A stretch of 64,000 nt of DNA from Octopus vulgaris (GCA_951406725.2 OX597820.1:101308001-101372000); one strand, 5' to 3'. Counted from the first letter of the stretch, positions 12,606-24,190 are shown. Notes: a model not told the origin generated them from the letters alone. Numbers and translations are program-made.

Positions 12606-12794
12606 ATGTTTATATGGGTATGGCTGTGGTTGAGAAGTTTGCTTCTTAGCCACATGACTTTGGGTACAGGCTCTCTCTCTCTCTCTCTCTCTCTGTACAG
12701 AAACTTGGGCAAATGTCTGCTATGTTCCCAGGCTAACCAATGCTTTTGAATGAATTTAGTAATTAGAAACTAAAAACTCTATTGTGTGTGTATG

Positions 12795-12854
<60 letters not shown>

Positions 12855-12859
12855 CGTCT

Positions 12860-13301
12860 TCTGGATGTTTTGCGTTCTTGTCCCATTGTGTATTTTTCAA
12901 TGGAAATTGCAGCTGTGATACCAGTACCGGTGGTACGTAAGAGAACCATCCGAACGTGGCCGTTGCCAGCGCCGCCCCGACTGGCCTCGTGCCGGTGGCA
13001 CGTAAAAAGTACCATCCGATCGTGGCCATTGCCAGCCTTGCCTGGACCCTGTGCTGGTGGCATGTAAAAAAACACCATCCGATCATGGCCGTTTGCCAAC
13101 CTCATCTGGTACCTGTGCCGGTGGTATGTAAAAAGCACCCACTACACACGGAGTGGTTGGCGTTAGGAAGGGCATCCAGCCGTAGAAACATTGCCAGATC
13201 AGACTGGGCCTGGTGCAGCCTTCTGGCTTCCCAGACCCCAGTTGAACTGTCCAATCCATGCTAGCATGGAAAGCGGACGCTAAACGATGATGATGATGAT
13301 G
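12860..13301 (+). mobile_element. Family-B non-autonomous retroelement with internal ~60-bp tandem units and (GAT)n tail
   Basis: Repeated ggcacgtaaaaagcaccatccgatcgtggcc units, then gagtggttggcgttaggaagggcatccagc...gctagcatggaaagcggacgctaaac(gat)n. Confidence 0.85.
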
Positions 13302-13324
13302 ATATATGTATGTGTGTGTCTATA

Positions 13325-13790
13325 GTGGCTGTTTTCTCGTATACGTGCAACGCCATTGTTAGAAAGAATCATTGAAATGAGTCATTTATAATGCAATGTG
13401 ACGTCCTTATATGACTCTTGAGCCTCACCAAAGATTTTGCACATTTTATTGCATAATGCACAGTTGCGTTGGCGGGCAGAGGGAACCAGTGCCATAGTAC
13501 GAAACCTTTTGACATCCTCCAACTGAATGGCATACCTTTCCACAGGTTGCACATGCTCTGTTGTAAACAATAGCTGTATCGCAGTTTACAAGGGGCTGAA
13601 TCCTGTGGCTTATTTGATGGCTGACCAGGCCTGTATAACTTAAGCATTTCCTCCTACAAATCACACATGTAAACATCAATACTCCTTCATTTTCTACTGG
13701 TTCATTCCTTCTAAGCTTTCTCCTGTTCTTCTTGTGTTTCACTCTCTCTTTCAAACTTTGGACAACTGCTGTGCACTCTTTTTCTCTATC
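13325..13790 (-). pseudogene. Decayed fragment with three C2H2-like zinc fingers, probably an RTE LINE 3' end
   Basis: CVICRRKCLSYTGLVSHQISH, CATCGKVCHSVGG.. and frameshifted CALCNKMCK/SLVRLKSHIRTSH, preceded by basic KHKKNRRKLRR. Confidence 0.6.
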
Positions 13791-13841
13791 CGTTTTGGTT
13801 TTGTGTTTCTCTCTCCCAATCAAATCAATATATATATGTAT

Positions 13842-14028
13842 ATGATAGATTGCTAGCCACTAAACCTATTTCTATTTTCTCTCCTTGTTTATTTCTGTAT
13901 TCCTTTCTGTCGAAGAGCGTAGGCTCGAAATGTAAAAGACTTTCTCACTTGCCAAGCATTAAACTAATACATCTGTTTGTTGTTTACACACCCATCTTTG
14001 TCTTTTGTTTTTTTTTTGTAAATTCTCA

Positions 14029-14030
<2 letters not shown>
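13842..14030 (+). mobile_element. Short HHR-bearing element (CUGUCGA-A family); motif at 13903-13938
   Basis: cttt-CTGTCGA-a-gagc-gtag-gctc-GAAA-tg-TA-aaag. Flanked by TA and CT microsatellites. Homologous to 45709-45894 and 46003-46172. Confidence 0.65.
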
Positions 14031-14069
<39 letters not shown>

Positions 14070-14071
14070 CA

Positions 14072-14102
<31 letters not shown>

Positions 14103-15072
14103 CCATGCCAGCATAGAAGGTGGATGTTAAACCAATGAGTCACTTGTAGTCACTTGACTTCCTAGAAACACCAACCAAATCTTCAAATCATACTCTACTG
14201 TCTTAAATAAAGAAGGACACATTAGATATTATAGTCAGTCATATACAAAATGACAGGAAGGTCACAGATGGAACATCTTTGATGATAAGTCTGCTTCATT
14301 AGTGTTGGTTAAATAACAACTCTTGCAAATGTCAAAATTATAAGTTCTCAATATTGTTCAACCTGAATTATTAATGAAAAGTTTATATGAAGCTATTGTT
14401 ATGTAGTTTGATTGTTTTGTTAATTCATGAAATTCAATGAAAATCTATTCAGATTTAGTTTTCGTAAACTAATAACAGTTTGACATCATATCATTGGAAG
14501 AAACAAACATATTTAATGAAACTGCCTGATTGATTGTCTGTCTTTAATCAATTAATCAACTTCCATTCTTCGAAACATAATGTACTTATAACCTGTCAGT
14601 TATCAAATAGCTTGTTTAAGAATCAGTAATTTAATAATGTGACATATTGATATTCATTATTATGGAAGATTTCACCTCTACTGATGAAATATAATAGCAG
14701 ATTCATATCTACTGAATATAAAAAAACAAATACAGTTATGATTTTTACTAATATTTAATTCTACTTTCACTTTCTGTAAACATTAATTCCTTATTTGTAT
14801 TTTGTTTGTTAACGCGTGATTATTTGATACATCTCATTATTAACCATTCTTCACTGTTCTCACATACTCTTGCAACCTCTACCTGCTCACTCTTCTTGTT
14901 CTTCTGTCCCCAGGGCCCACCTAACACTTTGCAGTTGCTGCCTTAATCTCCCTTCCAAGCTCTAGCCTAATTACTTTCATCCACTCTTGTACAATGCAAA
15001 TAGCTATGCATCTCCACAATACAAAATTCTGTTCCGGCACCTTTCATAACTTTAACCTCTCTTCGTCTAGCA

Positions 15073-15408
15073 CAGGGGTTCTCAACCATTTTTTTTTTAT
15101 CTATGGACCCCTTTGATTACTATTTAATTCTGGTGCACCCCAGCCAGTCAGTATTTAAAAACTATTTTTATATTAATAGAAATGTCTTTCAAAATTTCTA
15201 TTTGTTTTGTTTATCACATATTAACTTGTGTAGGTTGAACTATGTAAAATGTTAGAGAAAGAAACCTAGGTGTTTCTTCCAGTATATACTAATACAAACA
15301 TCTAAAGCAAAAGTTTTTAGGGATCCTTAAAATACTATTGTGAATCCCTAATTTACTATTTGTTGCATGGACCCCCCAAAATCTTATATGGACCCTCAGA
15401 AGCCACTG
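15073..15408. mobile_element. hAT-type MITE
   Basis: caggggttct / agaagccactg termini. Degenerate TSD gtctagca / atctagta (NTCTAGNN). Confidence 0.65.
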
Positions 15409-15934
15409 ATCTAGTATGAAGTTGCTTCCCTCTGTACTGCAGTCCTGTTCAGTTGAAAGGGATCTTAGTGGTGTAAACCACATGGTGTTTTCACTAGTGC
15501 TGGTGCCATGAAAAAAGGCCCCAGTGCACTCTGTAAAGGGGCTGGCTTGAAAAAGCATTCAACCTTAGAGATCATGCTAAAATTGACATGTTGGTGCTTG
15601 ATGTGGCCAAACAATATGTTAGAGTGTATTGAATTGTTCAACCCATACCACTGCGGAAGGCAGATTTAAAATGATGATGGTGATGGTGGTGGTGGTGGTT
15701 GTGGTGTTCTTGCTATTGCTACCTTCAACTGTTATTGGTGATGGTGAATTGACAAAATCAGATAAAATGCTTTGTGGTATTTATTCCTGTTCAGCTATTG
15801 ACATTCTTAGTTCAAATCTTGCCTTGGTGGCATTTGAACTCAGAATGTGAAGTTGTAAGAAATGACGCTAAGCATTTTGTCTAGAGCACTAATGCTTCTG
15901 TCAGCCCACTACCTTAATAATAATAACGATTTAT

Positions 15935-16159
15935 AATGTGGGAACTATCCCTAAAGATCTGAACAGATGGATAGAAGAAATAGACATAAAACCTCAGTTT
16001 AGTACAGCTACAGAAAACTGTTATTAGGAACATCTAGGATACTTAGGAGGGTTCTTGGCATCTAAGGCTACTTGTTGTAGCCCGATGTTAGGATTCTTTT
16101 CTTTTCCAACAATCTAATCCGTTGAGTGTATATGAATGATGATGATGATGATGATGATG

Positions 16160-16191
<32 letters not shown>
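15935..16191 (+). pseudogene. R4/Dong-like (RLE-type) LINE 3' fragment with (GAT)n(AAT)n tail
   Basis: GTIPKDLNRWIEEIDIKP/LVQLQKT/LLGTSRILRRVLGI* resembles the C-terminal LQK..LLGTA.ILR.VL motif. It sits next to TAA repeats. Confidence 0.65.
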
Positions 16192-16192
<1 letters not shown>

Positions 16193-16214
16193 TTTGGTGT
16201 GTTTTATCTTTCAG

Positions 16215-16308
16215 TTTACCTCGTCCTCCAAAATCAGCTTGGGCTGCAAAAGGGCCTGAACATTCCACGTTGGAGTCAGTGTATTTTGGAAACCGGCCTG
16301 GAGTTGGG
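16215..16308 (+). CDS. FAM135A: FAM135-family exon 2 (phase 2-0)
   Basis: Acceptor ttatctttcag| and donor |gtaaat. at+t completes Ile, then LPRPPKSAWAAKGPEHSTLESVYFGNRPGVG (cf. recalled FPRP.K..W...PTLESVVFG). Phase matches both neighbours. Confidence 0.88.
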
Positions 16309-18939
16309 GTAAATAGATATTTATTGTTGACTGTATATTTTTAAAGAAATTGATCTATTTTGTAAAATATATTTCTCTCATATGTATTTGGTGTAGAATT
16401 TCATATGGAAGTAGTTATTGTTTAATTGTTCGTTTTCATAATTTTTGTTAAGTTGCTTGTCTCGAAGCTTTTCTGAAAGACAAAATTAAGTTATTATTCT
16501 CTGCTTTACGCCATTTGATATTTTTAGTTGTGTTTGACAATTGTTTATGTATCATATATTCAGACATCATTTTTATTCATACAGTTGTTAATTATAAATT
16601 ATTAATTAGATGTTTTTGGATATCATTCTGTTGAAGAATTTTGGAAATATTTTGTAAAAGCAAACTTTTTCCAGGTATGGCTTTAATGTAGTTAAATATA
16701 AACATTGTTAGTTATGGTACATTGGTGTCTCCTATTTTGATTTCCTTTAATCTTCTGTTATTCAAGTTCTTGGTAGAAATTAAGAAAAGTTGTCTTCCTC
16801 TGTAATTTCTGTGAATCAATAATGTAACACTACTCAATTAAAGGGGAAACCAATTTTAAATAAAAATGAACTGTAATCTAGAAATATCAAACATAATCAT
16901 ACATATTATAGTTGCATCCAATTATATCTCCAATGGAAATTCATTAATTAATATTATAGTCCTGTGTGTATGTGTTTTCCCTCTTCTGTTATCTTTAGAA
17001 TTTCATATCACCAGATCTGATCTCTAAATATATATTACATTTAGCAGACTACTTCACTTAATACAGAAAACGTCTGCAATTTTATGTTGTATTTCAGTAA
17101 TTCTTGCTGTAATCTTTTGTAATTGCTTGGATTATATTCTTAGTATTAATGACATTAGTTCTCAGGTTTAATATTTAATTTTTTTCTCGTATCTTAATGG
17201 GTCAGATAATATTTCTATACTTGGCTAATCGTCTTAAGACCTGATGTTTTATTTATTATATTTTCCAGTAAGAATATAAATCGTATAATTCTCAAAGGAC
17301 ATAAAATAGTTATTTCTTCAATGAGGAAAATACTTGAATTCCATTGTTTTTTTTCTTCTTTGAAAATCTTTTCTATGGATTTAGAAGCTCAACTTCATTT
17401 CCATAGGTTTCTAATGTTGCTCATTGTTTTGTTACTTTTTCTTTTCTTTGTAAGGGTGAAAAGTTAGCTAGTAATTTGATATCTTTTCTCACTATCAATA
17501 GGATCAGGTAGCAATACTTTTAATATACTTACATGTAATACTAGATTCATTTGGCTCAGTAAAACAAAATGCTTTACTAATCTGATCAGATTTATGTCTC
17601 TGACTACATAAATAGATTTCTATCAATCGGATATTTTTTTTCTCATCAAAGAGGCTACATGAAAAATGTAATAATTGGTAAGAACAATCGATGATACCTG
17701 AACTTATCTAAGGATAATTCTACATAATCTTTGGTGTTTCCATTCTCCAGTTACCTTACCATTTCTAATATTTTCGTCATACCAATCACCATGTGTTCAT
17801 CCACGTTTATCATCCTACTCTGCACTTTATGAGTATCAGTCTGATTACATTGATGCCTTCACATCATAGAATGTGTTTTGTGACGAGCCATTGGCTGATG
17901 ATACATTGACAAGGGACGCGACCCTCACTCCTCAATGTTGCAAGTCATTTCCTCAGATGCAGTCAAGAAAAAATGAATGTCAGAAGGTAGGAGGAAGTAT
18001 TGATGAGGAATGCAACTTCTATTTATTAGCTGTTCTGATGTTCAATAACATTGATACTCTGTATTGAAAGATTTTTTGAGAAACCAATGTCATTTGTTCT
18101 ATGTTTAATATGATGAAGGGTTAATTTTAAAGTGAAAATTTTCATTACTAAATCTTAGTTTGAAGGTCTCCCATGCTAATTTTTCAAAATTCTATTTCCA
18201 TCTGTTTGAAACAAGAATTATTATAGTCCAATATGTGTCATTGATATATTTGCAATTCCAGTTATTTTTCAGTCACTTCTGGATATTGTATTTAAATCTC
18301 TGAACATGCAATATAGAAAACTCTAAAGCATCTGAAAATAACACTATAGTGCTATCATGGGCCATTGTTTTACATCAAATTGAAAATATGATATATGCAG
18401 TGGCATTAGAAAAAATTCTGGGCTAAAATACAGCCAGCAAAAAAAAAAAAAAATTGAACCAAATTCTTCCTTAAAAATTGTGGTGCAAATACTACCCAAA
18501 ATTTATCAACTCTAAGTGATTGCATATTCTTGCCATTCAATTAGACTGATTGTTAATTAAATAATGTAAAAACCAGTAATACTTATCAGTATGGTAAAAA
18601 CTTATCAAATGACTCAGAAGTCATTAAATAAGTGAAACAAATTAAATGAGACTACTAAATAATTGAATGAGTTGGATTTTTGACATCAACCATCACTTAC
18701 AAGTAATTTTGACCTTATTGCTAGTACCATGCTTTTGTTTCTCTTCCCACTCAAGGAAACATTAAATATGTGACAGCTGGAAGGAGAGAAGGCTGCACTA
18801 GCTGTCAGGTGGTACTCATTTTCTGCATAGCTTAGTGGTAAGGGTGTTAGACTCAAGATCATAAGACTGAGTATGATTCCTGGTCTGGGTGGTACACAGT
18901 GTCCTTGAGCAAAGCACATCATTTCACATTGTTCTAGTC

Positions 18940-19127
18940 CAAGGGTCGCAAAAGTGGTCGATATCGACCCCTGGGAGTCGATATCGACTCCTGGGAGTCA
19001 ATGGTACTATTCAAGGGGGGTCAATAAATGCACATCTACTTTATTATTATTATTATTATTTATTTATTTTCTTGTACACGCCTGGGGATCGATGAGGGGT
19101 TACAAAGATTCCATGAAGGGGTCGATG
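18940..19127. mobile_element. hAT-type MITE remnant inserted in a SINE, directly abutting the CR1 tail
   Basis: caagggtcgcaaaagtggtcgatatcgaccc start, repeated gtcgatatcgac palindromes, and TSD ttctagtc / gtctagtc. Confidence 0.55.
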
Positions 19128-19137
19128 GTCTAGTCTA

Positions 19138-21811
19138 TTAGTTAGTTAGTTAGTTAGTTAGTTAATTTGGCTCAAAAGCAAATAGCAAGGCCATGTAGGG
19201 GGACATGGAGTTAAGTACAGGGTGGTATTCATGTAAAGAGTTCAGGCCACTTGAGGTCCAGGGAGGCTTTGAACAAAGCGGTCGTCGGCATCTTCACCAT
19301 CTCGTCTGGCAGCTTGTTCCACGGATCCGCAACCCGGACGGAGAAAGCTCCTCTCCTTCGATTGAGATGAAATCGTCGCAGGTAGAGCTTTTCGGAATGA
19401 CCCCGCAGCCGACGCTCCAGAGCAGGAGTGAAGAACAGCTCTTTCGAGAGGTTACACTTCCCACTTATGATGTTGTGGGCGAGAATGAGATCACCACGGC
19501 GGCGGCGTTTTTCAAGAGAATAAAGGTCGAGCGTCCTCAGCCTTTCTTCGTAGGACAAATTTTTGAGACCATGAACCATGCGGGTAGCCAGCCTCTGGAC
19601 TCTTTCGAGATGCTGTATGTCTTTGAGGAGATAAGGAGAAGAGGCTTGAATCCCATACTCCAATATGGGTCTCACCAGCGTGACATAGAGTGGTAGGAAT
19701 ATGGCTGCTGTGAGCATTCCAAATGACCGTCGAATCAAAAACAGAATTCCGCGCGCTTTGTTGGCAGCATGGACGCACTGGGCCGAAGGCGAAAAGGAGG
19801 AATCCACCAAGATACCCAGGTCCTTTACCTGATCGGTCCTCTCCAGCAGCAGACGACCCGGCTCGAAATCAAGTTGAGTTGCAGGAGTAGAGCCGACAGG
19901 CAGATGACAGCACTTTGACACGTTCAGACACAGGTCCCAATCGTTAGACCACTTCCAAATTTGGTGGAGGCATCGACGAAGATCCTCTATACTACTGCGA
20001 GGAGCGACCAGTTTGATATCGTCGGCAAATAGAAGGGTGTGTTGCGTGAGGTCATCGGGCAAGTCATTTATGAAGACTAAGAACAACAAAGGCCCAAGCA
20101 CTGAACCTTGAGGCACGCCACTGCTCGGACTGGAGACGTTGGACCGCGAACCATTAACTTGAACTTGGAAGGAGCGATCTGAGAGGAAGGCACCAACCCA
20201 TCGTACAATATCCGGATGGAAACTATATGCTTGAAGCTTGACAAGTAGTAGGCGGTGGTTTACCGAGTCAAAAGCTTTGGCAAAGTCCAATAAAACGATG
20301 TCAACAGCATCACTATCATCGAGGATGCACGTCACCAATTCTTCCATTACTAGTAAGTTGGTCAAGCATGATCTCTTCGGCACGAAGCCGTGTTGGGAAT
20401 CAGTGATCGAGGCTGTGTTTAGGAGGTGGAGCATCATACTTTTCTTAAGGATGGTTTCGAACATCTTGCTGATTATTGATGTAAGGGAAACCGGTCGGTA
20501 GTTAAGCGGGTCTTCGCGGCTCCCTTTCTTGAAAATTGGGCAGATTATCGCTGTTCTCCAGTCTGCAGGTATAACACCCGTCGCCAATGACATATTGAAT
20601 AGTCGTGTTAAGGGCTCGTAGATGACCGGAGCCAACGCTTTGATAACCCGTGGGTGTATGCCGTCAGGGCCGTGACCCTTGTTGACATCGAGGCCTTGAA
20701 TAACACGTTTGACTTCGTCCCGCGTGATGACCAATCGAAGCATTGGAGGTACCGATCTATCAAATGGAGGGGGTTCACGACCATCATCTTGTTTGAAAAT
20801 AGTTGAAAAAGCCTCGGCAAATAATTGACTCTGTTGATAAGGGTCCTCAATCGATACGCCTGTTGAGTCTACCAACGTTGCAATCTGGTTGTTCAAGCGG
20901 GAATTCCGCTGGACATGGGCAAAGAAGGTTTTTGGATTGCTACTGGCATTTGCCGCGATTTTGTATTCATAACTGAAGCGTTCTTTCTTTTCAATTTTCA
21001 CGGCTCGGTCTCGTTGAGTTTTGTACACCTCAAAAGCTGCAGTCGAATCCAGATTTTTGAATTCAGCCCAAGCAATATCTCTGAGTCGACATTCTCGTTT
21101 AACCTTCTTCGTCACCCAGGGCTTGTGTTTCTTCCTCTTGGGAAGCCCAACGGGAACTGCCTGGTCAGTCAAACAGATTACATATGCTTTGAGGGATGAC
21201 CATAGTTCGTCAACTGAGGACAACGTCATCAGGGATCGCCAGTCCAGAAGCGCGGAAGCCTCGGTTAGAATTTCAAGATTAATTGCAGAGAAGACTCTAC
21301 GTGGCAGCGAAGTAATCGTGGGCGTAGAAAAAGTTGTGTGCATGACGAACTTCAGGACCGCATGATCACTCTTGGCAAGAGGGGCGCACACAGATATGTC
21401 TGACACTGATCTTGGATAGCGGGAGAATACCAGATCTAGCATAGATGGCTGCTGCCCAGACCGATGCCTTGTCGGATATTCAACATGTTGCGATAGAAAA
21501 CAATTTTCAGCCACGTCAAGAAGGGCCTGGCCGAACCGGGAAGATGTTGTACAAATTGATGCGGGCCAATCGATCGTGGGAGCGTTGAAGTCGCCTAGTA
21601 CCAAGCAGTCATGCGAAGCTGAAACGAATCTTATCGCTTCGAGTAGATGAGCATCGTCCTGGGGGTCGGCAAGAGGCGGCCTGTAGACAGCCAACACGGG
21701 CAGGCAAAACTCAGATAGGCTCAGCTTGCAATAGACGGCATCGAATTTTGTTGTAGGTTGAGCATTTGTGGGTAGAATACCGCAGGACGGTTTGTGCTCA
21801 GACTTAACATA
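19138..21811 (-). mobile_element. Young 5'-truncated CR1-clade LINE, antisense in the FAM135 intron
   Basis: GC- and CpG-rich relative to its flanks. Short 3' UTR with hairpin ccatgt-ccccct-acatgg and a (CTAA)6 tail. The 5' end stops inside the endonuclease domain. Confidence 0.95.
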
Positions 21812-21823
21812 CAGACTTAACAT
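19229..21823 (-). CDS. LINE ORF2: partial AP endonuclease plus reverse transcriptase, N-terminally truncated
   Basis: 864 codons without a stop. APE motifs VYRPP, LGDFN, LDLVF, SDH. RT motifs GPDGI, NYRPVSLT, QHGF, LDFAKAFDSV, GVPQGSVLGPLLF, FADD, KDLG. CR1-type C-terminus RRRRGDLI, RLRGH, FSVRVADPWNKLP. The first Met comes from junction sequence. Confidence 0.93.
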   Translation of the reverse strand: MLSLYVKSEHKPSCGILPTNAQPTTKFDAVYCKLSLSEFCLPVLAVYRPPLADPQDDAHLLEAIRFVSASHDCLVLGDFNAPTIDWPASICTTSSRFGQALLDVAENCFLSQHVEYPTRHRSGQQPSMLDLVFSRYPRSVSDISVCAPLAKSDHAVLKFVMHTTFSTPTITSLPRRVFSAINLEILTEASALLDWRSLMTLSSVDELWSSLKAYVICLTDQAVPVGLPKRKKHKPWVTKKVKRECRLRDIAWAEFKNLDSTAAFEVYKTQRDRAVKIEKKERFSYEYKIAANASSNPKTFFAHVQRNSRLNNQIATLVDSTGVSIEDPYQQSQLFAEAFSTIFKQDDGREPPPFDRSVPPMLRLVITRDEVKRVIQGLDVNKGHGPDGIHPRVIKALAPVIYEPLTRLFNMSLATGVIPADWRTAIICPIFKKGSREDPLNYRPVSLTSIISKMFETILKKSMMLHLLNTASITDSQHGFVPKRSCLTNLLVMEELVTCILDDSDAVDIVLLDFAKAFDSVNHRLLLVKLQAYSFHPDIVRWVGAFLSDRSFQVQVNGSRSNVSSPSSGVPQGSVLGPLLFLVFINDLPDDLTQHTLLFADDIKLVAPRSSIEDLRRCLHQIWKWSNDWDLCLNVSKCCHLPVGSTPATQLDFEPGRLLLERTDQVKDLGILVDSSFSPSAQCVHAANKARGILFLIRRSFGMLTAAIFLPLYVTLVRPILEYGIQASSPYLLKDIQHLERVQRLATRMVHGLKNLSYEERLRTLDLYSLEKRRRRGDLILAHNIISGKCNLSKELFFTPALERRLRGHSEKLYLRRFHLNRRRGAFSVRVADPWNKLPDEMVKMPTTALFKASLDLKWPELFT

Positions 21824-21842
21824 TAATCTAAAACATATATTT

Positions 21843-22246
21843 TTTATCTTTTACTTGTTTCAGTTATTAGGCTATGGCCATGCTGGGGCACTGCTTTGAA
21901 GAATATTAATCAAATGAATCGATTGCAGTACTTATTCCATCAGTCTTTTTTGCTGAACCACTAAGTTACGGGGGTGTAAACACACCAATACCAGTGGGGG
22001 ACAAACACAGACAAAGGGGACACACACACACACACACACACATGCACACATATACAGTTGGCTTATTTATATATATATATACACACAATAGACATCTTTC
22101 AGTTTGTCTATCAAATCCACTCACAAGGCTTTGGTTGGCCTGTGGCTATAGTAGAAGACACTTGCCCAAGGTGCTACACAGTGAGACTGAACCTGGAACT
22201 ATGTCGTTCAGAAGGAAACTTCTTACAAACAGCCACATGTATGCCT
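21843..22246 (-). mobile_element. Family-A SINE (diverged)
   Basis: ttttacttgtttcagt tail and caaatccactcacaaggctttggttggcc...gacacttgcccaaggtg. Confidence 0.8.
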
Positions 22247-23611
22247 ATAATATATGTGTATGTTTGTGTGTGTATTTTTTGTTGTTTTATGACATAAACT
22301 GAATACTACTCAGAAAATAAGTGTATATAAGAAATGTGGATAAGTCGATGCTAAAGAGATTATCTCTACACTTTGGATTAATTGTCCTAGTTGAAGGCCT
22401 TTGGCAGGGTAGCATGCTTTGTAGTTTGGAGGTCGTTAAGAAAACCAAGTGTAAAAGAATAGCTTATGAGAGCTCTGCACACCATGTATAGATGTGATTT
22501 TAAACTATACGCTCACACATAACCCACACATATGTATGTATGCTTTTATATAAATGCATATATATTTACATATGTGTATGTATACATACATGCTTACTCA
22601 GACACACACACACACACATATGTATTACGCATACAACCACACACATATACACACACAATGCATTAGCTCTATTTACATTAGTGCCACAATTTTTTTTCTT
22701 CTTTTTTTGAAATAGTTTGAAGGATCAGTACACAGGAAGGGTCGGTACACGGGGCCATCAGCGGTCCTTTGTGACTGGCGAAATATTGAAATTGATGCAC
22801 TTGATGTTTTTGTAGAGAGCGACTGCCGACAAAAAAAAAATAGAAAAAAACATAGACAAGGAAGGCGGGAGAGCTAGAAAGAATTCCATTAGACCGATAT
22901 TCAATAGATGTGGTGCACTGAGAACATGGTTTGTGCAATGAAATGCAGTGAGTGAGTAGAATCTTCTATTCTCTCTCTAGGTTAAGACAAAAACAAACAA
23001 ACGAACAAAAAAAAAACAGTAAAAGACTTTTACAAACCTTTTGAAAACTTAAACTTCTGAGACAATGGTAACTTGAACAGATGACATTGATTTTGGGCAT
23101 ATGGTTAATGTTAATATTTACATTCCTGTTTGAAGAAGGAATACTAACTTTAAGCATTGTAACTATTTGTTTAGTGTCTGGTATTTTCTCTCAAAAATGC
23201 TGGTGATTTCAGTGTAGTTGATGATTTGATGAATTTTGCATGGCCTATTTGATGAACCTCAGTAGACTAGAGGATTGTTTGCTGTTAGTTTTCGTTTTGT
23301 ACAGATACATTTATCGTCACTAATAATATGCAGTCTATGAGAAACTTTTCAATGTGTTGTTACTACTAATCTGTTTTCCCTTTCTGCTGGCTTTGTCAAA
23401 AAAAAAAAAAAAGAAAGAAAATCTGTTAAGTATATTGGGCATTGTTTGGGTAAGAATTTAGCTACATTTATTTACCTAAATAAATTAGCTACAGAACTAA
23501 GTTTCATAATTATGTTCTGTGTTCAAATTTTGGCTAGGCTAATTTTGTCTTTCAATTTCCATGTGTTTGATGAAACTATTTCCAATATGTATATAGGCGC
23601 TGGCATGGATA

Positions 23612-24190
23612 GGTGCAGGCATGGTTGTATGGCTTAGAAATTTGCTTTCCAAGTTTGGTTTTGGGTTCAGGCCCATTGTGCGACACCTTGGGCAAGTCTC
23701 TTCTACTATAGGCTTGGACTGACCAAAGCGTTGTAAGAGGATTTGGAAGATGGAAATTGAATAAAGCCTGCTGGATGTGTGTATGTGTGCTTGTATTTGC
23801 TTATGTGTGTGTGTGTGTTTATGTGTGTACATGTATGTGTGTGTGTGTAAACATTGTGTGTGTGCATGTGTATGTGTGAATGTGTGTGCGCGATGGGTTT
23901 TGTGTGAATGTGTGTGCGTGATGGGTTTTGTGTGATGGGTTCTGTGTCTTCTTTCCTTGATATTCACAAAATGTTGTAAATGAGTCTCCCCATCATGCAA
24001 GCAGTGTCTTTCATTTCTGCTCTTTTGCAAAAACATTTCTAGCCTTGGGGGAATAATACCTTACTTGGAAACAGATGGGGTTTGGTGACAGGAAGGACAT
24101 CTAGCCATAGAAGACTTTGCTTCAACAAACTCCACCTGAGCTTTTATTGTGAGCATGGCAACAATCATGTTAAAACATGCTGATGATAAC
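23612..24190 (+). mobile_element. SINE with family-A head and a different, family-B-like 3' body
   Basis: A-type head, (GT)n tract, then ccttacttggaaacag...ggaaggacatctagccatagaa. Similar chimeras at about 2955-3160 and 37025-37400. Confidence 0.6.

Noticed and set aside
12905-13140. CRISPR-like look of the recurring ggcacgtaaaaagcacc repeat
   Set aside because: The intervening sequences are homologous to each other, the array is part of a dispersed retroelement, the context is eukaryotic and no cas genes are present.
19138-19161. (TTAG)n as an interstitial telomere
   Set aside because: It is the LINE 3' tail (also at 8869) and is not the TTAGGG repeat expected in molluscs.
19205-21365. Plus-strand and alternative-frame ORFs (19205, 19512, 20238, 20608, 20915, 21021; also 8927)
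   Set aside because: Shadow frames of the GC-rich LINE ORF2.
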